11,101 nucleotides of DNA from Deltaproteobacteria bacterium TL4. GTDB taxonomy: Bacteria > SAR324 > NAC60-12. The notes beneath the pieces were generated by a model. That model saw only the letters and a program-made list of their open reading frames with translations, was not told the DNA's origin and did no database searches. Shown one piece after another: positions 6,785 through 11,101 of the stretch; position 1 is the first letter of the stretch, and every line of letters begins with the position of its first letter. The DNA lies in NCBI GenBank assembly GCA_051382335.1, contig JBBCAX010000444.1, positions 1 to 11,101 of the forward strand, written 5' to 3'. The translations under genes were made by a program, and so were the position numbers.

Positions 6785-9520
6785 ATGACCACAGACATAA
6801 TTTATTCTCCAGGTGACCATGTCAACAGTGATGTTCATGGTACAGGAACCGTAATTGTTGACAATGGGCAGACAGTTATTGTCCAGTTCGAAGAAAGTAT
6901 CCATGGCTGTGAAAAGTCTACGTTAAACAGACGTATGACTCCACAGCAGGCCATTCACATGGCTGAGTGGCATCGTCCCCTTGAAGTGATAACCAAAATA
7001 CAAGCAGAAACAATCCAATCCATCAATGATGCTTGGGGAATATTTTCGCGGTCTCGCATATCACTCCTTCCTCATCAACTTTGGGTCTGCAGAAAGGTTC
7101 TTGAGATCTGGCCAGCAAGGTGGCTCATTGCCGATGATGTTGGTCTTGGGAAAACAGTTGAGGCTGGACTTATTCTATGGCCTCTTATCGCAAGAAATAA
7201 AGTAAAACGTCTACTGATTCTTTGCCCTGCATCTTTAGCCGAACAATGGCAAATTCGACTCAAGAGCATGTTTGATATCCGTATGACCAGATATACATCC
7301 AACGCAGATACAGAACGCTCTGACTACTGGAATATTCATGATCAAGTGATTGCTTCAATAGAGACACTTCGCAAAGACCATAAGGGAAGACATCGGAGGT
7401 TTCTTGAATGTGAGCCTTGGGATTTGATTATCGTTGATGAGGCTCATCACTTGAATGCGGACGAAAAGATGGTGCCGACTCTGGCTTTTCAGCTCGTGAA
7501 AGAAGTGGTAACTCAGAAGCGTGTCGCATCAATGATATTTCTAACAGGGACTCCTCATCGCGGGAAAAACTTTGGTTTTATCTCCCTTCTAAGCTTACTC
7601 AGGCCTGATCTTTTTGACACTCACTTGACATTGGGAGAACAATTGCCCCATCTCAGTCAAGTTATGATTCGGAATAATAAACAAAATGTTACAGATTTAA
7701 ACGGAAAACTCCTATTCAAAAAACCAATTGTTGACTCAGCGATTTATGCCTATTCTTCAGAGGAAGAGTATTTTTATAATCAGATGACCAACTTTATTGT
7801 GAGTGGTATGGCTTACGCATCATCTCTTTCATCAGCTGAGCAAAGTTCTGTGATATTGGTGTTGATTTCAATACAAAAATTGGCCTCTAGTTCTGTGGCG
7901 GCAATCAAACGTGCTATTAAAGGTCGACTAGCACGAATAGTAACAAGCAGGAGTCGTCTTACTAAAATGGAGCAGGACTATAATGGGTTACAAGAATATA
8001 GTGATGCCGCAAAATTTAACGATCAGGATCGTTTATGTCAGCTTGAAGAATCGATTTCTGAACTATTAGTTGAGCTTCGTTTGATGGAAGACGAAGAGCC
8101 ACGGCTCAAAGAACTTATGACTCTGGCTGAGAATGTCAAAGAAGAAACAAAAATTATTGAGATTATTAAAATTCTGGAAAGCAGATTTTCCGGAAGAAGT
8201 GTTTTGTTTTTCACAGAGTACAAGGCAACTCAATCTTTGCTCATGTCAGCCTTGATGAAAAATTATGGTGATCGCAGCGTAACTTTTATAAATGGGGAAA
8301 ACGAAGCTCGTGAAATTGTCGATAGTTCAGGTAATATTATCACACTCAGAGAAAATAGAGAATCCGCAGTTGAACGTTTCAACTTGGGTGAGGTTCGTTT
8401 TCTTGTTTCTACGGAAGCGGCAGGTGAAGGAATAGATTTGCAGGAAAATTGTTACTCGCTAATTCACGTGGATCTTCCCTGGAATCCTATGAGATTACAT
8501 CAACGGGTGGGTCGGTTGAATAGGCATGGCCAAAAAAAACGTGTTGAAGTTATTACCATTAGAAACCCTCAAACAGTGGAATCTCGGATTTGGGATAAAT
8601 TGAATGAAAAAATCGAAAACATTATGCAAGCAATGAAACATGCGATGGATGATCCCGACGATCTGTTTCAACTTGTTCTCGGCATGACATCTACCTCTTT
8701 TTTTAACGAAATTTTTTCAGAGGGAAGTAAAGTCTCGAAGGATAACTTTTCCGATTGGTTCAACGCAAAAACATCAGAATTTGGAGGAAAAAATATCATT
8801 AATACGGTGCAGGATCTGGTAGGGAATAGTGCTAAATTTGATTTCCAGACAGTTAGTTCTCAGATTCCTCGCGTTGATCTTGAAGACATGAAACCGTTTG
8901 TATTAAGTATGCTCTCTATTAACGGAAAGCGAGTTACTAAAGAAAATGATGTTAACGGAGAGGTGTTAATTACCTTTAAAACTCCTGAGAACTGGTGTAA
9001 TGAGCCTGGTGTTCGGAAAATTTATGAGGAAATGTGCTTCAACAGAAATTATAGAGGCAAAAATGCAACCCAAAGAATACTTGGTGTCGGGCACATGGTT
9101 GTGGATAAAGCAATTGCCCAGGCAAGATCAACATCCGCTTGTCTCATGACTACTGATGGAATCAAAAAACCACATTTTGTTTTTAGAATAACAGATAGAG
9201 TTACGGATACTGGTGGGGCTGTCAGAGCAGTGATTGCTACAGTTGTTGTTTCAAAAGATAGCGTGAATGATTTAGAACTTTTAAAGGATTGGCATCTTTT
9301 AACATTGCTCAACAGCTTGATTGGCCATGGAGGTATTAAAAAAGCTATGGTTTCATTACCCCCAGATAACGTGTTGGAAGTAGATAGTTCCGTTATCATT
9401 GCCTCCAGGTTTTTAGTGAACAGTATGACTGATCTAAAATTGTCATTTCGTGATCCAAAACCAGAATTGATGGCAATTATTTGGCCTGAAACAGTATTTG
9501 ACGGAAGTAAAGACGAGTAA
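6785..9520 (+). CDS. SNF2-family (RapA/HepA-, DrmD-like) SF2 helicase/translocase with N-terminal Tudor-like beta domain
   Basis: Q-motif LLPHQL, Walker A DDVGLGKT (7133-7156), Ia LILCPASLAEQW, II DEAH (7436-7447), III LTGTP, IV VLFFTEY, V STEAAGEGIDLQ, VI DLPWNP..QRVGRLNR (8501-8524). ATG 6785 is preferred to 6770 because GGAG (6772-6775) lies 9 nt upstream of it. Confidence 0.95.
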   Translation: MTTDIIYSPGDHVNSDVHGTGTVIVDNGQTVIVQFEESIHGCEKSTLNRRMTPQQAIHMAEWHRPLEVITKIQAETIQSINDAWGIFSRSRISLLPHQLWVCRKVLEIWPARWLIADDVGLGKTVEAGLILWPLIARNKVKRLLILCPASLAEQWQIRLKSMFDIRMTRYTSNADTERSDYWNIHDQVIASIETLRKDHKGRHRRFLECEPWDLIIVDEAHHLNADEKMVPTLAFQLVKEVVTQKRVASMIFLTGTPHRGKNFGFISLLSLLRPDLFDTHLTLGEQLPHLSQVMIRNNKQNVTDLNGKLLFKKPIVDSAIYAYSSEEEYFYNQMTNFIVSGMAYASSLSSAEQSSVILVLISIQKLASSSVAAIKRAIKGRLARIVTSRSRLTKMEQDYNGLQEYSDAAKFNDQDRLCQLEESISELLVELRLMEDEEPRLKELMTLAENVKEETKIIEIIKILESRFSGRSVLFFTEYKATQSLLMSALMKNYGDRSVTFINGENEAREIVDSSGNIITLRENRESAVERFNLGEVRFLVSTEAAGEGIDLQENCYSLIHVDLPWNPMRLHQRVGRLNRHGQKKRVEVITIRNPQTVESRIWDKLNEKIENIMQAMKHAMDDPDDLFQLVLGMTSTSFFNEIFSEGSKVSKDNFSDWFNAKTSEFGGKNIINTVQDLVGNSAKFDFQTVSSQIPRVDLEDMKPFVLSMLSINGKRVTKENDVNGEVLITFKTPENWCNEPGVRKIYEEMCFNRNYRGKNATQRILGVGHMVVDKAIAQARSTSACLMTTDGIKKPHFVFRITDRVTDTGGAVRAVIATVVVSKDSVNDLELLKDWHLLTLLNSLIGHGGIKKAMVSLPPDNVLEVDSSVIIASRFLVNSMTDLKLSFRDPKPELMAIIWPETVFDGSKDE

Positions 9521-9543
9521 GGACACCAGGAAAATAAGGACAC
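9518..9543 (+). repeat. 9-bp direct repeat TAAGGACAC x2 (8-nt spacer) between the helicase and nucleotidyltransferase genes
   Basis: TAAGGACAC at 9518-9526 (includes the helicase stop codon) and 9535-9543 (includes the AAGGA Shine-Dalgarno of the next gene). Confidence 0.85.
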
Positions 9544-9546
9544 ACG

Positions 9547-10272
9547 ATGCAACGTAATGAGTGGAACCAGCAAGTTAAAGCTCTCGCTGAAGAGGCTGAT
9601 ATTGAAATAACACAAAATCAGTTAGATCAATATTACAAGGAAGACTTGAGTCCAGAAGGCGCATTAGTCAGGATGATTCAATTCTCTGGAAACAGTGAAG
9701 AACAAATAGTATCTACAGAAATCACTGCTGAGAATTTTAACCAGATTATGTCTGGGTTGGAAGAGGAGTTAAAACGATTCAATAACCATTTGACAATTAC
9801 AGTAGGAGGAAGTTTACCTCTTATTTTGCGGGATACCATTAGTCGTTCAGGATCAGAGGATATTGATGTGGCTAAAAGTTCAGTAACTCCTTCGGAAATT
9901 GAGAGGGTTATAAAAGCAGTACAAGAACAATTTCAAAAAGATAATTGGCTCGATTTTAGTTTTCGTGGTTTGTTTTCCAAAAGAGCGGCGAAGGTTTCAA
10001 CTGATACAGCCCTCTATGAATCGGAACATCTCGTTGTTCTTCCACTGGATCCCTATCAGATTCTAACTTTAAAATTGTTGATTCGTGAAGACAAGCGTAG
10101 AGCTAGAGATTATGGGGATATTCGTGATCTTTTAAAATATGTTCAGGAGAAAGATCATTTAGAGAGTCGTGGAGCTTTTCTGAGACAGTTGAAGCCCTAT
10201 TGCAAAAATGAGTATAAAGGATTACTGGATAAAAATCTCAGGGACATGTATAATAAGTACATTACCAAGTGA
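9547..10272 (+). CDS. Pol-beta-superfamily nucleotidyltransferase, DUF6036/AbiEii(MenT)-like putative toxin, with a ~55 aa N-terminal extension
   Basis: ITVGGS (GGS at 9805-9813), then SxDxD (SEDID, 9853-9867), then C-terminal K (10072) ... RxRDxxD (RARDYGD, ending 10119). This is the AbiEii/DUF6036 motif order. SD AAGGA lies 6 nt before the ATG. Confidence 0.8.
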   Translation: MQRNEWNQQVKALAEEADIEITQNQLDQYYKEDLSPEGALVRMIQFSGNSEEQIVSTEITAENFNQIMSGLEEELKRFNNHLTITVGGSLPLILRDTISRSGSEDIDVAKSSVTPSEIERVIKAVQEQFQKDNWLDFSFRGLFSKRAAKVSTDTALYESEHLVVLPLDPYQILTLKLLIREDKRRARDYGDIRDLLKYVQEKDHLESRGAFLRQLKPYCKNEYKGLLDKNLRDMYNKYITK

Positions 10273-10297
10273 GTATTTACATAGACAGAGCACGACA

Positions 10298-10717
10298 ATG
10301 GGAACCATTATTAAATCGACACCAATTGAAAATTGGACATTTGAAACATTCTTCCGAGAAGTATTACTGACTTATACCGCTCAGGATTTGGATTCGAATA
10401 AAGATGCTATGTTGACCAATTATGTGATGCGACTCTGGGATTCCAACTTTCTATTGAAAGATATTCCGTTTCTTAAGAATTTAAATGGTTGGGAACTCAA
10501 GATTGCTGCAGGGTTGGTTGAACAACTTGGCGAAATGTGGAAAGACAAAGGTCGAAACGAAATACTACCTTCATGGATATCTGAAGTTCCTCCCGTTGAA
10601 AACAGTGTGACTTTGATCCCGAATAGTTATCGACCTGATGTGAATGAATCCGGATATTCTAAGGTCCTATTAAAAAGGAATATTGTTGCCGTTGGAGGAA
10701 TGTTTGGATTTGCTTAG
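10298..10717 (+). CDS. Small partner protein (139 aa) of the nucleotidyltransferase, putative antitoxin
   Basis: IAAGLVEQL (10502-10528), LPSW (10565-10576) and KRNI (10673-10684) resemble the AAxxExLxxxxPxW...F.xRxI pattern I recall from proteins encoded next to DUF6036 genes. ATG 10298 is preferred because ATG 10208 would overlap the upstream gene by 65 nt. Confidence 0.65.
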   Translation: MGTIIKSTPIENWTFETFFREVLLTYTAQDLDSNKDAMLTNYVMRLWDSNFLLKDIPFLKNLNGWELKIAAGLVEQLGEMWKDKGRNEILPSWISEVPPVENSVTLIPNSYRPDVNESGYSKVLLKRNIVAVGGMFGFA

Positions 10718-10850
10718 AATGGAGCAATATCAAAAGCGGATACGCTTCCTCTGGATTGTTTATCTCAGGAAAATATCCATTTAAACTTTTCAGAAGATAG
10801 GCGTATCAAGTGTCAAAAGAGATGTATGGACAACCAGTGATTTAATCTTG

Positions 10851-10872
10851 TTCCCAGACTCCAGTGTGAGAA
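10851..10872. repeat. Imperfect palindrome, REP-like hairpin
   Basis: TTCCCAGACT-CC-AGTGTGAGAA: arms match at 8 of 10 positions. It lies between convergent genes, 5 nt past the stop of the minus-strand gene. Confidence 0.5.
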
Positions 10873-10877
10873 TCCTA

Positions 10878-11099
10878 TCATGAGAACGCCCCTGAAATTT
10901 GAATTGGTATCGTCAAAAACCAATCCCGAATAATGAGCTGATCCTGTCCGCTGTCAATCTCACCTTCAAGGCTAGAAATTTGAAGCACCAAATGGTTTTT
11001 ATACCTTAAAAATTGTAAGGCTTCCTGCTTGATTCCAAGTCCCAATTGCAGGGTGTCTTTTCCATAAACGTCTTCAATGAAGTCCGTTCCGTCTCCGCG
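10878..11099 (-). CDS. 3' end (partial, runs off the window) of an RTX/haemolysin-type calcium-binding protein with an HCBP-related domain, possibly truncated
   Basis: Manual minus-strand translation: RGDGTDFIEDVYGKDTLQLGLGIKQEALQFLRYKNHLVLQISSLEGEIDSGQDQLIIRDWFLTIPIQISGAFS*. The pattern GDGxDxIxD..GxDTLxxGxGI....LxFxR...LVL......DxLxIxDWF is characteristic of type I-secreted Ca-binding proteins. Missing from the ORF track because its start is outside the window. Confidence 0.8.
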   Translation of the reverse strand, partial: RGDGTDFIEDVYGKDTLQLGLGIKQEALQFLRYKNHLVLQISSLEGEIDSGQDQLIIRDWFLTIPIQISGAFS

Positions 11100-11101
11100 A
11101 T

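Noticed and set aside
1704..8223. Short ORFs of 61-106 aa (1704-1889, 2004-2324, 2063-2272, 3772-3963, 5609-5911, 5638-5883, 5980-6198, 7075-7302, 8038-8223)
   Set aside because: All lie wholly within long motif-bearing genes, on the opposite strand or in another frame, and show no protein-family features.
394..8539. A7/T7/A8 homopolymer runs (e.g. 394-400, 1803-1809, 4503-4509, 8532-8539) as phase-variation tracts
   Set aside because: Expected in AT-rich DNA, all in frame, and none coincides with the observed frameshift.
6785..9520. Naming the helicase rapA or drmD, or the locus DISARM, Zorya, BREX or Tiamat
   Set aside because: The motifs place it in the family only. The required partner genes or domains (DrmA/B/C and methylase, ZorA/B, PglX/PglZ, DUF3883) are not visible in the window.
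9049..9615. 188 aa minus-strand ORF
   Set aside because: Antisense to the helicase and NTase genes, with no recognisable motifs. Most likely a shadow ORF.
10208..10297. Longer start for the partner gene at ATG 10208
   Set aside because: It would overlap the NTase gene by 65 nt. ATG 10298 gives a normal 25-nt gap.
10719..10784. 21-codon ORF MEQYQKRIRFLWIVYLRKISI immediately after the partner gene
   Set aside because: Too short, has no well-spaced RBS and is not hydrophobic enough for a type I toxin call.
1..11101. CRISPR array, tRNA/rRNA, integrase or transposase
   Set aside because: No regularly spaced repeats, RNA-gene signatures or recombinase/transposase motifs seen. Nearly all of the window is protein-coding.

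Overview
AT-rich bacterial accessory region that looks like a defence island. A tightly spaced + strand cluster holds (i) a giant protein split into two ORFs (113-1297 and about 1252/1339-6738) by what appears to be a single -1 frameshift; rejoined it is about 2,200 aa, with degenerate ~110-130 aa repeats, an internal sacsin-type GHKL ATPase/S5 module and a C-terminal helical domain resembling an HhH-GPD glycosylase fold, (ii) a SNF2/RapA-DrmD-like SF2 helicase with no attached nuclease, and (iii) a DUF6036/AbiEii-like nucleotidyltransferase with a small partner gene, a probable toxin-antitoxin pair. At the right edge is the convergent 3' end of an RTX/haemolysin-type calcium-binding protein gene, not in the ORF track, that appears truncated next to a REP-like hairpin. 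No methyltransferase, recognisable nuclease, RNA gene, CRISPR array or transposase is visible. The best candidate for an undescribed system is the sacsin-like ATPase-HhH-like protein plus SNF2 helicase, possibly with the nucleotidyltransferase pair. All family calls come from motif reading by eye, not database searches.
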